Shown here piece by piece: positions 20,437 through 30,252 of a DNA stretch of 64,000 bases; position 1 is the first letter of the stretch; each line of letters opens with the position of its first letter. Source of the stretch: Candidatus Parcubacteria bacterium (lineage in GTDB: Bacteria > Patescibacteriota > Saccharimonadia > UBA4664 > JBIOIQ01); assembly GCA_963718875.1 (NCBI GenBank), contig OY970378.1:260396-324395 (forward strand), given 5' to 3'. Under the pieces are notes generated by a model, which had not been told where the DNA came from, did no database searches, and saw only the letters and a program-made list of their open reading frames with translations. A program made the translations under genes and the position numbers.

Positions 20437-20949
20437 TTATATAAGTAGCATAATCAAGGCCATTACGCCCATTCCAACATTTTCAACTAGGCTGACTGTA
20501 CTGAGTGGTAGCTTGATTACATTGCCAAGGCAGGCGCAGTGGATGCCTGTCCGCTTGATAATTTCTTGAGCTACGCCTATTGAGCTGACGGACATTATTA
20601 TTAGCGTAACAATATCTCTAAGTGCCGGAGCGAGGTCAAAAAGGTACAGTATCGCTAAGCAGAGCTCAATAAAGGGGTAGGCTTGGCCATAAGCCTTGAT
20701 TCGCTTGGCGACTATGTCATATCCGGCAAACATTTGGGTAAACATGTTGTAGCCAATGAGTTTAAAGATGGCAAAAACTAAAAAGAAGACGCCCATAAAC
20801 CAGCGCAACCAACCGCTTAGTGTGTTTGGGCCATAAATACTAACGAGTAACCAGGTGGCTAGGGTGATTCCAGCTAGGATTAAGAGAAATTTGATGATTT
20901 CCCTTGGCGAGTGCTCGCTTTCAGCCATGTTTTGGTGGGTGTGATCCAT
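20437..20949 (-). CDS. Membrane protein with CxC motif, unknown function
   Basis: Hydrophobic; GIHCACLG. Confidence 0.4.
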   Translation of the reverse strand: MDHTHQNMAESEHSPREIIKFLLILAGITLATWLLVSIYGPNTLSGWLRWFMGVFFLVFAIFKLIGYNMFTQMFAGYDIVAKRIKAYGQAYPFIELCLAILYLFDLAPALRDIVTLIIMSVSSIGVAQEIIKRTGIHCACLGNVIKLPLSTVSLVENVGMGVMALIMLLI

Positions 20950-20994
20950 ATTTATATGTTATCAGAATCGTCAACATGGCTTGATAGCACTAGG

Positions 20995-21045
20995 TCGCCA
21001 CAAGGGCAGCTGTTGTGCTGTCGCCGTGGCGGCTCATTGAAGGTT
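20995..21045. repeat. Module F hairpin GCCACAAGGGCAGCTGTTGTGCTGTCGCCGTGGCGGCTCATTG (copy 1 of 2)
   Basis: Identical about 45 bp at 26290-26340; both at the left edge of GC-rich islands. Confidence 0.65.
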
Positions 21046-21486
21046 TGGTATTCGCGGCGGACCGCACAGTTGGTTGATCAGCGACCGGTAGTGAGGAGCA
21101 TGGAGCTGCGGTCTGCTGTGGCATCCAAAACAGCTTCTGTAATTTGCTCGAGTGTGGCAGGAAAAGGCGGAGGAGGGCCGTGGCCGTCGATTGCTTCCTG
21201 TGGCTCGAGTGGGGCGTAGTTGAATCATCGGTATTTGACTGTTGCCAAACCTGACGGCTCTAGCTACCCACCAGATGTCCGGCTGCTCAAAGAGCTGAAC
21301 CCGTACATTGGCTCCGGTTGGTATTTGGTGTGTGTCGCGATGGGGCGCTTGCGTTCTGACTTGAATGCCGAGACTGCCATCAGCCAGATGCAGGCAGACA
21401 TCGAACCAGCACACAGTTTCAGCTGGCTCTTCAAGCAGACGGCCAGCCATGGTTGAGCTACTGAAGAACTTTTGGTAATCCGGCAT
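21034..21486 (-). CDS. Hypothetical protein on a GC-rich island (start MPDYQKFF, RBS AAAGGAG)
   Basis: 3' end runs through module F, so the C-terminus is doubtful. Confidence 0.3.
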   Translation of the reverse strand: MPDYQKFFSSSTMAGRLLEEPAETVCWFDVCLHLADGSLGIQVRTQAPHRDTHQIPTGANVRVQLFEQPDIWWVARAVRFGNSQIPMIQLRPTRATGSNRRPRPSSAFSCHTRANYRSCFGCHSRPQLHAPHYRSLINQLCGPPRIPNLQ

Positions 21487-21527
21487 ACGAATACGCTCCT
21501 TTGGGACAGACCAAAACACTTACGAGG

Positions 21528-21600
21528 TCTAGTATATTTTGCTACAAACTTGAGCTCAATTCAAGCATGAGCAATTTAGTTGTTCATTTTCCGACAAAAC
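21528..21600. promoter_or_regulatory. Module B (bidirectional promoter module GTATATTTTGCTACAAA...CAAGCATGAGCAATTTAGTTGTTCA), solo copy
   Basis: Same sequence as 27316-27372 and 39300-39335. Confidence 0.5.
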
Positions 21601-21757
21601 TTTTGAAGCTTAAAAAATATAAGATTAATGCTTGAAGCGAAAATCATAGTCGCAAGTATTCTCTTAACCCATACCATTCCGTTTTTTGGAGCAAGGCTAG
21701 CGCTGATATAGCCGCCAATTATTGAACCTAACGATAGGTTGAAGGCTGATAGGTGGG

Positions 21758-22708
21758 TTAACTAACAATTTTCAAATGATTATTTATAACTAAATCAGCT
21801 AAAGCCTTGATAAATAAGAGGTCAACATTGGGGAGCTCTATTCGATGGTAGCCGATGTTTGCGTTGCTGGCTTGTTCCGCCGCTGCGATGTCGAGGTCAT
21901 ACAGCACCTCGAGATGATCGGACAAAAATTGGATTGGTACAACTAATACAGCTGGAACCTCTTGCGCGCTAAGTGTGTTTAAAACATCTTGTAGATCTGG
22001 CTTTAGCCATTCTTCCGGTGTGTGACCAGCACTTTGATATGCCGCCACCCAGTCGTCGTCATCAAGGCCAGCCTTCCTAACAATAGCCGCAATGGTTTGC
22101 CGTAACTGTTGCAAATACCCCGGATCACGTTTTACTACACTCTTGGGTAAACTGTGGGTGCTAAAGATTATGGGAACTGGCCCCGCGTAACGAGCTGCCA
22201 GTTCTGCTCGAGATGAGACTAATCGCTCAGATAGCAGTTGGATAAATTTTGGCTGATTTGGCCAAGGTCCAATTACCTGGTAATCCTTGATTCCGGCCTC
22301 GGCCGCCGCATGGGCTAAAGCTTGTTCGTAGCCGCTCATTATGATGCTCGAATACTGCGGAGACAGTAATAAGCCAATAACTTTTGTACAGCCGGCTTGG
22401 GCTAAGTTGATTACGGCATTATCGATATAAGGGGCAGAGTGCAGCATGCCGGCTTTAACAATGTAGGCATTTTGCCCGCATCGCTTTTTTAGCTCAAGTT
22501 CAAGGGCGTGGGCCTGTGCTGTAGTTATCTCAACGAGAGGTGATGATCTGATAAGGTCAAACCGCCGCTTGAATTCGTTGATTACACTTGCAGGAGGCGT
22601 AATGCGATAAACGTGGGTCAAAAAATCAGGCACATCACGGGCGGTGGTGGCCGAGCCGTAGGTCATCATTACCACCCCAATCGGGCTAGACTCAGTGGGT
22701 GTGGACAT
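21758..22708 (-). CDS. hemH: Ferrochelatase (probably coproporphyrin ferrochelatase)
   Basis: Ferrochelatase blocks (MMTYGS..., FSTHSLP, QSAGHTPEEWLKP, SDHLEVLYDLD). Confidence 0.85.
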   Translation of the reverse strand: MSTPTESSPIGVVMMTYGSATTARDVPDFLTHVYRITPPASVINEFKRRFDLIRSSPLVEITTAQAHALELELKKRCGQNAYIVKAGMLHSAPYIDNAVINLAQAGCTKVIGLLLSPQYSSIIMSGYEQALAHAAAEAGIKDYQVIGPWPNQPKFIQLLSERLVSSRAELAARYAGPVPIIFSTHSLPKSVVKRDPGYLQQLRQTIAAIVRKAGLDDDDWVAAYQSAGHTPEEWLKPDLQDVLNTLSAQEVPAVLVVPIQFLSDHLEVLYDLDIAAAEQASNANIGYHRIELPNVDLLFIKALADLVINNHLKIVS

Positions 22709-23717
22709 AGTCGACGAGTCGTTTTAGCATCTCAGGTTCAGCCTGCTTGTAAACGCCATGGCCCAGATTAAAAATGTAGCCGTTGCGGGAGCTGAGCGAG
22801 GCGAGTATTTGATCAGTCTTAGCCGTGATTGTGGCGAAACTGCTTGTAAGTACGGCTGGATCCAGATTGCCTTGGATAGCTTTAGTACCTGCAAATAATT
22901 TTTGGGCCGCATCAATATCTACGCGCCAATCAAGGCCTACTACTTCACAGTCAACAGATGCAAAGTCGTTCAGAATTGACCCGGTGTCGGTACCAAAAAT
23001 AATCCGCGGCACCTTACATCTGGCCAGCGCGTCCATGATCCGGCGGTTATATGGTAAGACATTTTCCCGAAAATCGGCTCCCGATAAGCAGCCCACCCAA
23101 CTGTCGAATAATTGGAGAGCTTGTGCTCCGGCTTTGACTTGTTCCTCGAGGTAAAAAATTATACTGGAAGTGAGCTTTTCCATAAGTTGGCTCCATAGTT
23201 TTGGCTGGTTGTACATAAATTGCTTGGTCGCAAACCAGTCTCTGGTAGGTTTACCTTCAATCAGATAGCTAGCTAGGGTAAACGGCGCCCCTGAAAAGCC
23301 AATCAATGGGACGGTTAGCTCGCGCCTCACTAGCTTGATAGTCTGCGTTAGGTAATCAATTTCGCTGGAGCCAAAATTTTGCATAGCCTCAATATCTCTT
23401 TTATTCCGTATCGGATGGTTAATTATCGGGCCGACCAAATCCACAATCTTCACATCAACGCCCATGGCAATCGGCACCAGCATTATATCGGCAAACAAAA
23501 TGGCAGCATCTACCCCTAAATAATCGACCGGCTGCATAGTGATCTGGGCAGCTAGCTCCGGAGTTTGGGTTAGGGTTAGCATCTCGTATTTCTCGCGCAA
23601 CTTGCGATATTCGGGCATGTAACGTCCCGCCTGGCGCATAAACCAAACTGGCGTATAATCGGTCGATTCCCGGCGGCACGCCCGCAAAAAAGTATCGTTA
23701 AATGTGGCTACAGGCAT
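22692..23717 (-). CDS. hemE: Uroporphyrinogen decarboxylase
   Basis: TDYTPVWFMRQAGRYMPEYR N-terminal signature. Confidence 0.85.
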   Translation of the reverse strand: MPVATFNDTFLRACRRESTDYTPVWFMRQAGRYMPEYRKLREKYEMLTLTQTPELAAQITMQPVDYLGVDAAILFADIMLVPIAMGVDVKIVDLVGPIINHPIRNKRDIEAMQNFGSSEIDYLTQTIKLVRRELTVPLIGFSGAPFTLASYLIEGKPTRDWFATKQFMYNQPKLWSQLMEKLTSSIIFYLEEQVKAGAQALQLFDSWVGCLSGADFRENVLPYNRRIMDALARCKVPRIIFGTDTGSILNDFASVDCEVVGLDWRVDIDAAQKLFAGTKAIQGNLDPAVLTSSFATITAKTDQILASLSSRNGYIFNLGHGVYKQAEPEMLKRLVDYVHTH

Positions 23718-24376
23718 TCGAGCAACTCGACGATTGGCTTATAGATGCAGGTAAATGTGGGCTGGTCATTCTCGGTATAGCGTCGCACCTCAGTTGAGCG
23801 TAGAGCTATCACCAAATCCTGGAACTCTTCTAAGCTTGGCGCCTCATATGAAACGATAAATTCTTGGTCATCCACTCCATAGCTATAAAGTAAACACTGT
23901 CGAACGGTAGGATGCTTTATGCCAACCATAATGTGGGCTTTCATCAGGGCGGCCCGGGTCTCGAAACTAAGAAAGTACCAATCAATAGTTTTGGTAAATG
24001 GGTAAATTATAAGATACGACAGCGGTTGGCCAGGCTTAATAACTTGTTCGGGTGCCTGGGGGGTGCGGCTGTATTGCGACTGACGGATCATGCCAAACAT
24101 AGTTCGGTTGAGTTTAAGCCACTGACCCAGTTTAGTTTTCCATAAACTCTTGAGCAGCGCTTGAACAGCTTCGGGTTGGTCGCTACGGCACCAAAACACC
24201 AGATCACTATCCGGTTTAAAGCCGCGCGAGAGATAGGCGGTTACGCTAATGCTTTTTTGACCCTGGAACCATTTAACAAAGTCGGCTTTTATCACGATTT
24301 GTTCTTTATCTGGCAAACCATAAAATTTCGGCTTAAGTTTAAAGAACAGATAGTGGTGGTAAGGTTGCTTTTCCAT
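23708..24376 (-). CDS. hemQ: Coproheme decarboxylase / chlorite-dismutase-family HemQ
   Basis: Cld-family fold motifs; position between hemE and hemD. Confidence 0.7.
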   Translation of the reverse strand: MEKQPYHHYLFFKLKPKFYGLPDKEQIVIKADFVKWFQGQKSISVTAYLSRGFKPDSDLVFWCRSDQPEAVQALLKSLWKTKLGQWLKLNRTMFGMIRQSQYSRTPQAPEQVIKPGQPLSYLIIYPFTKTIDWYFLSFETRAALMKAHIMVGIKHPTVRQCLLYSYGVDDQEFIVSYEAPSLEEFQDLVIALRSTEVRRYTENDQPTFTCIYKPIVELLECL

Positions 24377-24392
24377 ACTTATTTATACTAGC

Positions 24393-24578
24393 AGAATTAA
24401 TTCAGATTAGACCTCTTTCCAAACCCCCTCAAAAAATCCGAAAACCCGTTTTAGTTGCAATATAGTGGCTTTCTTACGACAAGAGATAGCCATAGTGCTA
24501 CCTTGAGAAGTAAAAAGCCGATAGATTGCCCTATAAACGAGTTTGCAAAGACGGGAGGGTTTGGAAAGAGGTCTAATA
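24393..24578. repeat. About 185-bp element with roughly 25-bp terminal inverted repeats (AGACCTCTTTCCAAACCC / GGGTTTGGAAAGAGGTCT) between hemQ and hemD
   Basis: Inverted repeat read directly; intergenic within the operon; its 3' arm overlaps the hemD stop. Confidence 0.55.
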
Positions 24579-25325
24579 GTTCAGCTGGTCTATCAGCCCT
24601 ATTATGTCAGGTTTGGCTGCAGTGCGGATATGGTTAAATCCAGCGGTTGAAAGTTGACTAGCTATGTGCGGTCCAATCGCTATTACGGGTAGGCTTTGAG
24701 CATGTCCGATGCTTTTATCTTGTTGCAAGCGAAGCTTAAATCCGGCCAAGGCGGAAGGACTGGCAAAGACGATGGCGCCGATTCCGCCGGTATTTAGTAG
24801 CTGGTTAAAACCTAGGTCGGGCGCGGTTATGAGCTTAGTTTTATACACTGCCACGCCGGTTAATTTAGCTGAGCGGGCTAACAGGTTCTGGATTGGTTCT
24901 TTTGGAGCAATATCGGCATGCAGCCAGAGTACTTTTTGGTTTGCGACATCAGGAAGTTCACGGGCTAGCGTCATACTATCGGCCTGGGAGGGGACAAATG
25001 AGACTGCTAGACCAAGCGCCCTAACATGGGTAGCGGTTTGGTTGCCAACAACGGCAATTTTTATTTCATTCATAATACTAATATCAATTTTGAGCTCATC
25101 TAGAAGATTTTTGAGCTGTTTAACCCCGGTCGAACTGGTAAGAATTAACCAGTCGTACGCGCTGATTCGTTCTATTAATGTACGGAGATGGGGGGTAGTC
25201 TCCATTGGGATCATCTGGATACAGGGTAATTCGTAGGGAATGTACCCTTGATCTGCTAATGTAGACGCCCACAATTTATTACCTTCTTGGTCGCGGGTGA
25301 GAACAATGAATTGACCAGTTTTCAT
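24573..25325 (-). CDS. hemD: Uroporphyrinogen-III synthase
   Basis: HemD-like 250-aa protein in heme operon. Confidence 0.65.
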   Translation of the reverse strand: MKTGQFIVLTRDQEGNKLWASTLADQGYIPYELPCIQMIPMETTPHLRTLIERISAYDWLILTSSTGVKQLKNLLDELKIDISIMNEIKIAVVGNQTATHVRALGLAVSFVPSQADSMTLARELPDVANQKVLWLHADIAPKEPIQNLLARSAKLTGVAVYKTKLITAPDLGFNQLLNTGGIGAIVFASPSALAGFKLRLQQDKSIGHAQSLPVIAIGPHIASQLSTAGFNHIRTAAKPDIIGLIDQLNY

Positions 25326-26257
25326 CCTGTCTCAGTCATGATATCGAGCTGCAAGCTAAAATCGCATTTTTTAAGTATTTTGCGCGCCAAATTTTTGGCC
25401 AGATCTAGAGATTGGCTTGTTGAGCCCGCTATTGAGTCTTTAAGTATGATCTTGCCGTCGCCAGAGGCGATCATGCCATACAGTTGTATACTTGTTCCCG
25501 TAATTTTGCCGTAACAGCCAATGGGTAATTTGCAGCCGCCGCCAATGGTTAATGAAAACTGGCGCTCGGCCATGACGGCTTGGTTGGTTTGTTGGTCCTG
25601 AATGTCATTAAGATATTTGGCCAGCTGCGAGTCATCACGGCGGATTTCGACCGCCAGTGCACCTTGCCCAACGGCGGGAACATATTTGAGAGGGTCAAAA
25701 AATTCAGTGACCTCACTTATTCTACCCAGCCGGGCAATTCCGGCCGCGGCAATAACGATAGCGTCGTAATTTTCCTCGCGGAGTTTGCGAAGTCGGGTGT
25801 CAACGTTACCGCGAATGCTTTTAACAACCAAATCAGGTCTACTTGCCAACACCTGGACCTGTCGCCGTCGGCTGTCGGTGCCTATAACTGAGCCTGGTGA
25901 CAGTTGTGCCAGCGTTTTGCCATCGGCTGATATCAGGACATCGCGTGGATCATCGCGCTTCAAAGCTGAGGTTAGCAGCAGGCGCTCATTAATTTCTATC
26001 GGCATATCTTTTAGGCTGTGTACGGCCAAATCGATTTGTTTTTCCAGCAAGGCATTTTCAATCTCGGCCGTAAACCAGGCCTTACCTACAACTCGCTCGG
26101 GAATAGGGCCAGGAAAGGTGTCACCGGCAGTTTTTATAATTACAATTTCAATGTTGAGCTCAGGATGGAGCTTGGTAAGTGATTGGGCAATGAGGTTTGT
26201 TTGTATCTGAGCAAGGTTGCTGCCACGGGTCCCAATTCTAATAGTTTGCGCAGTCAT
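25322..26257 (-). CDS. hemC: Hydroxymethylbilane synthase (porphobilinogen deaminase)
   Basis: IRIGTRGSNLAQIQT...; cofactor-binding C-terminal domain. Confidence 0.85.
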   Translation of the reverse strand: MTAQTIRIGTRGSNLAQIQTNLIAQSLTKLHPELNIEIVIIKTAGDTFPGPIPERVVGKAWFTAEIENALLEKQIDLAVHSLKDMPIEINERLLLTSALKRDDPRDVLISADGKTLAQLSPGSVIGTDSRRRQVQVLASRPDLVVKSIRGNVDTRLRKLREENYDAIVIAAAGIARLGRISEVTEFFDPLKYVPAVGQGALAVEIRRDDSQLAKYLNDIQDQQTNQAVMAERQFSLTIGGGCKLPIGCYGKITGTSIQLYGMIASGDGKIILKDSIAGSTSQSLDLAKNLARKILKKCDFSLQLDIMTETG

Positions 26258-26289
26258 GTTGCTATCGTAGCATTTAGCCCCATAAATGC

Positions 26290-26340
26290 ACTAGGCCGCC
26301 ACAAGGGCAGCTGTTGTGCTGTCGCCGTGGCGGCTCATTG
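26290..26340. repeat. Module F hairpin, copy 2
   Basis: Identical to 20995-21045. Confidence 0.65.
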
Positions 26341-26369
26341 GGAGGTTGGGATTCGGTTTGGCCCGCAGA

Positions 26370-26790
26370 GTTGGTTGATTCGAGCTTGAGCTTGAGGATC
26401 TGGGAGTCTTGCTTCGGCTTCAACCACTTCTTGCTGATTGTGGTGGGATAGCCAGCCCTGCTGAACTCGTGCTAGCTGCGCTAGCTTCGCGTCCCTGAAC
26501 GGTGGGTTCATCATTGCTACTCCTCTCGTGTGCTTAGCGCCCGGTGGCTTCGTGGGTGATGTCGTCCTCGCCCTTGATGACATTGATCACGATGGCCAGG
26601 AGAAATAGCCCCACAAACCTTGGAACCAGAATGCTTCTGATGACGCTCGCTCCGTCTTCACGGTTAAAGATGTATCCATGTATAGGAAGCCGAGTACGAC
26701 TACCGACGCGAGCCCGACAGAAGCAATTACAAAGATGTTCTCTAGCATTGAAACTCCTGGGATCGAAGGGATGCCTAAATGGTAATCCAA
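26370..26790 (-). other. GC-rich island with two small minus-strand ORFs, each with a good RBS: about 52-aa TM peptide (start about 26745) and about 47-aa protein (start 26511, MMNPPFRDAKLAQLARVQQGW...)
   Basis: RBS GAGGAG before ATG 26511; RBS AGGAG before ATG about 26745; GC-rich. Confidence 0.3.
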
Positions 26791-26825
26791 GTCGAGGTTA
26801 ATCGCTAGTATTAATTAGCTTTTTA

Positions 26826-26860
26826 TAAAGTGAAAACCCCGCTGGATGCGAGGCTCACCA
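26826..26860. repeat. Module G (ATAAAGTGAAAACCCCGCTGGNTGCGAGGCTCAC), copy 1 of 2
   Basis: Copy at 38403-38437. Confidence 0.5.
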
Positions 26861-26902
26861 TTACAGTGATGCTCGCCCCCAGCGGGGCAGTTGGTAGGAC
26901 GC

Positions 26903-27277
26903 CTATGAGGTAGCGGAGATGTAGTTGAGGATGACCAGGATGGTGACTTCAAAAGCTTCGAAGTACTTCTCCAGGGCTACCTGCATTTCAAGTCGCAGCT
27001 TCTCTAGCAGTCCCGGCGTCAACTCGAAGCCCCAGGTCGTGACGGTGGTGACGATGTCGATGGGTATCGAGCCGCTGACCGCGATGGAGTCTGTCTTGAC
27101 GTTCTTGCCGACGACGAGGGGCTTGTCGAGAATGGGGCTGTAGAGGTTTGCCAGCACCCCTTCAAACCATCTTGTGTAGGCTTGCAGCTGGCGATCAGCT
27201 ACCCAGCTCGCGTTGTGGTTGATCGTAACTATGGCATCTCTGCCACTGTCACTAATGATGTGGCTTATACGAGGCAT
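26903..27277 (-). CDS. Hypothetical cassette protein (124 aa); its 3' 150 bp is duplicated at 37213-37365
   Basis: ORF preceded by module B; duplicated 3' end. Confidence 0.4.
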   Translation of the reverse strand: MPRISHIISDSGRDAIVTINHNASWVADRQLQAYTRWFEGVLANLYSPILDKPLVVGKNVKTDSIAVSGSIPIDIVTTVTTWGFELTPGLLEKLRLEMQVALEKYFEAFEVTILVILNYISATS

Positions 27278-27315
27278 GCCGCCTACTTTCGGGTGGAGGA
27301 CGGAAACAAGATCCG

Positions 27316-27420
27316 GTATATTTTGCTACAAAAGTAAGCTCAATGCAAGCATGAGCAATTTAGTTGTTCAGTAACATAACCGAGATATGTTTGACAAAAT
27401 GTGTGTATTGTGATAAAATG
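27316..27420. promoter_or_regulatory. Module B with sigma70-like promoter TTGACA(27391)-17 bp-TAAAAT(27414) and leader hairpin CTGACGAAAGTCAG
   Basis: -35/-10 hexamers read directly; drives 27546..27965 (+); minus-strand 26903..27277 starts on the other side. Confidence 0.55.
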
Positions 27421-27545
27421 AAGCCATTCTGACGAAAGTCAGCGCTCCTTATGTGCAGTTGGATCTTTCGTGTTTGTTGGTGCCTAATTGGTTTCACTAG
27501 GTGAAGCTGGCTATGCATCAGCAATCGACAACGAAAGGAAAGCTC

Positions 27546-27965
27546 ATGTCCGTAGCAACTGACCGCAAGAGTGCCCGCCAGATGGAGTTCAAGTCGCATG
27601 GCGTGGACCAGCTTCTGGCTGCTCTGAACCTGTTCTTCGGTGAGGGAGCCAGGGAGGTCTACTGGTGCGTCGACGACAAGGGCTACCACCTAGCTCACAG
27701 GTACGAAGGCAGATCGTTCATCCCTCGGGGGGCATGGGTATCTAACACGCCCATATCCGCTCATCTTCCTGCCATTGCCTTCGACATCATCAGGTGGCTC
27801 GACAGCCTTGGCTTCGACAAGAAGCGTGAGATCTGTGGTTCTTGGCCGACAGAAGCCGCCTACACCCGTGATCCGGGTCTGGACTTGGTCGGCTTCCGCA
27901 TCACCAGCGACCGTTCGCTGGATGGAGAGAACTACATGCTCACCATCGTGCCTGCGTGGGTGTAG
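27546..27965 (+). CDS. Hypothetical GC-rich cassette protein
   Basis: RBS AAAGGAAAG before ATG 27546; followed by module E. Confidence 0.45.
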   Translation: MSVATDRKSARQMEFKSHGVDQLLAALNLFFGEGAREVYWCVDDKGYHLAHRYEGRSFIPRGAWVSNTPISAHLPAIAFDIIRWLDSLGFDKKREICGSWPTEAAYTRDPGLDLVGFRITSDRSLDGENYMLTIVPAWV

Positions 27966-27997
27966 GGCGATCGCAATCCTCAAAGCCCTGTAACTAA

Positions 27998-28073
27998 GCC
28001 TCGCCGTTCACCTTAGGGTGGGCGGCGAGGCCGATTCCCAAGTTAATTTATATAAGTTGGTTTAGGAATCGAT
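27998..28073. repeat. Module E hairpin (AGCCTCGCCGTTCACCT-nnnn-GGTGGGCGGCGGGGCCGATTCCCAAG) plus tail (i), copy 1 of 5
   Basis: Copies at 43066, 47508, 48467, 49074; stems conserved, 4-nt loop differs in each copy. Confidence 0.65.
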
Positions 28074-28118
28074 AATGACTTTAGAACGAGCTCCTGAAAT
28101 GACATCCTTGATCGAAAC

Positions 28119-28628
28119 TCAACCACAGAATGACCCTTTGTAGGGAAAGCCGCCAATCTTTTCCTTCATACGAATACTTGCGGCTAAAGAAAAGTTAAGT
28201 TCATTGGTATAAGTAGTAATCTGTATATCCCAATCATTCTTTTTAATGGTGTAGCTGGCTGGATTAGGCCCAGGTGTAGATTTAATAACTCTTAAATTAG
28301 CTTTGGTGGCAGCGGACTTAAGTTCCTTAGCTTGCTTAGGTGAAATTTCTTTCGTATCGTGCCTTAAAGAATATCCTTCGAACGCATCCGTGGGACCACA
28401 ATCCGCACTTAAGTACCAATTATCTAGCTTTCCTATGCCGACAGTTATTAAAAGGCTATCAATTTCAATTATCTGTTTATTCGGGTCAGTGGTAGTGACT
28501 TTATCCTTATGTGGAGGCCCTGATATGTACCAAAGAGTAATACAAATAGCTATGATGCCAGTTAATACTAAAAGTATCTCGATAAGGCTAAAGCCCTTGT
28601 TGAATGTTGGCGCGAGCCTAACTTTCAT
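28119..28628 (-). CDS. Type IV pilin/pseudopilin-like protein
   Basis: Prepilin leader MKVRLAPTFNKG|FSLIEILLVL with Glu at +5. Confidence 0.6.
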   Translation of the reverse strand: MKVRLAPTFNKGFSLIEILLVLTGIIAICITLWYISGPPHKDKVTTTDPNKQIIEIDSLLITVGIGKLDNWYLSADCGPTDAFEGYSLRHDTKEISPKQAKELKSAATKANLRVIKSTPGPNPASYTIKKNDWDIQITTYTNELNFSLAASIRMKEKIGGFPYKGSFCG

Positions 28629-28783
28629 ATGTGTTGGATCATAACATAAATAAGCAGAGGTCTATTGAGCAGGCTAGAGTTCGCTTTTAGAGTGCACATT
28701 ACCAAATATAAACAAACAAGAATTATCTGATTTTGTTAGTTATAATACTTTATTATGTATTTTTGCAGGTATAAGCTTAAGCA

Positions 28784-29500
28784 ATGCTTGAGATACTGAA
28801 TGACATTCCTAGGCCTAATAAGCAGTTGCTCGACACAATTCGTGATATCAACATCCATGAGCATGTCTGTTTGCTTTATCGCGATAATGACGAAGGCTTG
28901 ATAACTGCCGGCGCGTTTATTCAGGCTGGATTCGGACAAAATGACCAGTGTGTGTATATAGCCGACGATAACTCTTTAACAGTAGTAATGGAGGCGCTTT
29001 CTAAGCGGGGTATCCATACTGAAACTACCCTGAAAACCCAACAACTCATATTTAGCTCCAAACAGGAAACATATCTTAAAGATGGATACTTTGATCCCGA
29101 CCGAGCCATAGCCTTCTTTGCTCAAGCGGCTCGTGACGCACAATCAAATAGCTTCCGGGCTATTCGTGGATGCGCCGAAATGACCTGGCAGCTCGGCGGA
29201 GAGCCAGGTACAGAACGACTTTTAGAATACGAGTCAAAGATGAATAAAGATTTATTTCCTAAAAATAGTGCGCTTGGGGTTTGCCAATATAATCTTAGTC
29301 GCTTTTCTCCGTCGATTATTCGCGAAGTTATCTATACCCATCCTGTGGTTATAATTGGGGGTTTAGTTTGTGTGAATCTTTATTACAAACCCCCTGAGAT
29401 TTATCGTCCAAACTTGTTCAACGGCAACGCTGAATTAGATGTAAGGCGCATGATCAAAGAAATTTTTGCATTTGCAAAAATTAGGTATGACTTGGTCTAG
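28784..29500 (+). CDS. MEDS-domain protein
   Basis: HVCLLYRDNDE...AIRGCAEMTW pattern typical of MEDS sensory domains. Confidence 0.5.
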   Translation: MLEILNDIPRPNKQLLDTIRDINIHEHVCLLYRDNDEGLITAGAFIQAGFGQNDQCVYIADDNSLTVVMEALSKRGIHTETTLKTQQLIFSSKQETYLKDGYFDPDRAIAFFAQAARDAQSNSFRAIRGCAEMTWQLGGEPGTERLLEYESKMNKDLFPKNSALGVCQYNLSRFSPSIIREVIYTHPVVIIGGLVCVNLYYKPPEIYRPNLFNGNAELDVRRMIKEIFAFAKIRYDLV

Positions 29501-29523
29501 TAGTCAGTGATATATTGGCGTGG

Positions 29524-30252
29524 TTACCTGCTTCGCCTAGTCGGACCTTCCTCAAGAATGCCCTGCAGGATGTTGGTTATTCGCTGGTTAGCATCGCGCA
29601 GTTCGGCCGTTCTGGCCTGAACCTTCTTCTCCAAGCTACTGCGGGCATCCTCTAGCTGCTGGATTGATCTGCGGTTGTGATTGGCTAGAATGGTGGTAAA
29701 TATGACCGCTATCAGCACTGGCCAGGTGTGCGCAAAGAGCGACAGGTCATTACGGCCATACTGGTAGACCCAGAACGGCGCAACGTAGTTTAGGATGCCG
29801 TGGTGGAGACCCACCAGCACCAGCATCAACCAGCCTAGTCGCCAGTCGGAGTAGATTAGCACCAGGGTGATCATGGCAAAGAAAAGAAAGTGCATTTCTA
29901 TGGCCCCACCGGCAATGAAGACCATTAGGTATGCGTAGATAGTAAGCGTTGAGGTAACCAGTAAGCGCCAGTAGTAATGGTTCTTGATCTTCCCGCGCGC
30001 CAGTGTGACCAGACAGGTGCTGAATAGCCCAAGTGCCAATGCGCCTAAGGCCTCGGCCGGGCTCATTATTCGCCAAGACAGAGGCGATGGATATTGGTTG
30101 GCAATCTTGGCTACCGCGGTCAGGAAAGCAAATAAGGCCAGGCTGCCAAAGCTCCACCAGTGAATCGTAACTATAAACTTATCCGCCCAAGGATAGTTCA
30201 TCTCCGTGGCATAATCTAGGTTGATATCTGATTTTATTTCTATCCACTTCAT
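29524..30252 (-). CDS. Membrane sensor fragment (MASE-type TM domain plus coiled coil) ending at the start of a PAS-like segment; paralog of 32141..33277
   Basis: C-terminus ...RTAELRDANQRITNILQGILEEGPTRRSR* parallels ...EANSRMTNILSGILNDKADTTPRSS* of 32141 ORF. Confidence 0.45.
   Translation of the reverse strand: MKWIEIKSDINLDYATEMNYPWADKFIVTIHWWSFGSLALFAFLTAVAKIANQYPSPLSWRIMSPAEALGALALGLFSTCLVTLARGKIKNHYYWRLLVTSTLTIYAYLMVFIAGGAIEMHFLFFAMITLVLIYSDWRLGWLMLVLVGLHHGILNYVAPFWVYQYGRNDLSLFAHTWPVLIAVIFTTILANHNRRSIQQLEDARSSLEKKVQARTAELRDANQRITNILQGILEEGPTRRSR

Noticed and set aside
21220-21456. Plus-strand ORF 21220..21456 inside the GC-rich island
   Set aside because: The competing minus-strand ORF has a canonical RBS (AAAGGAG) and lies downstream of promoter module B. 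The plus-strand ORF is kept only as a low-probability alternative.
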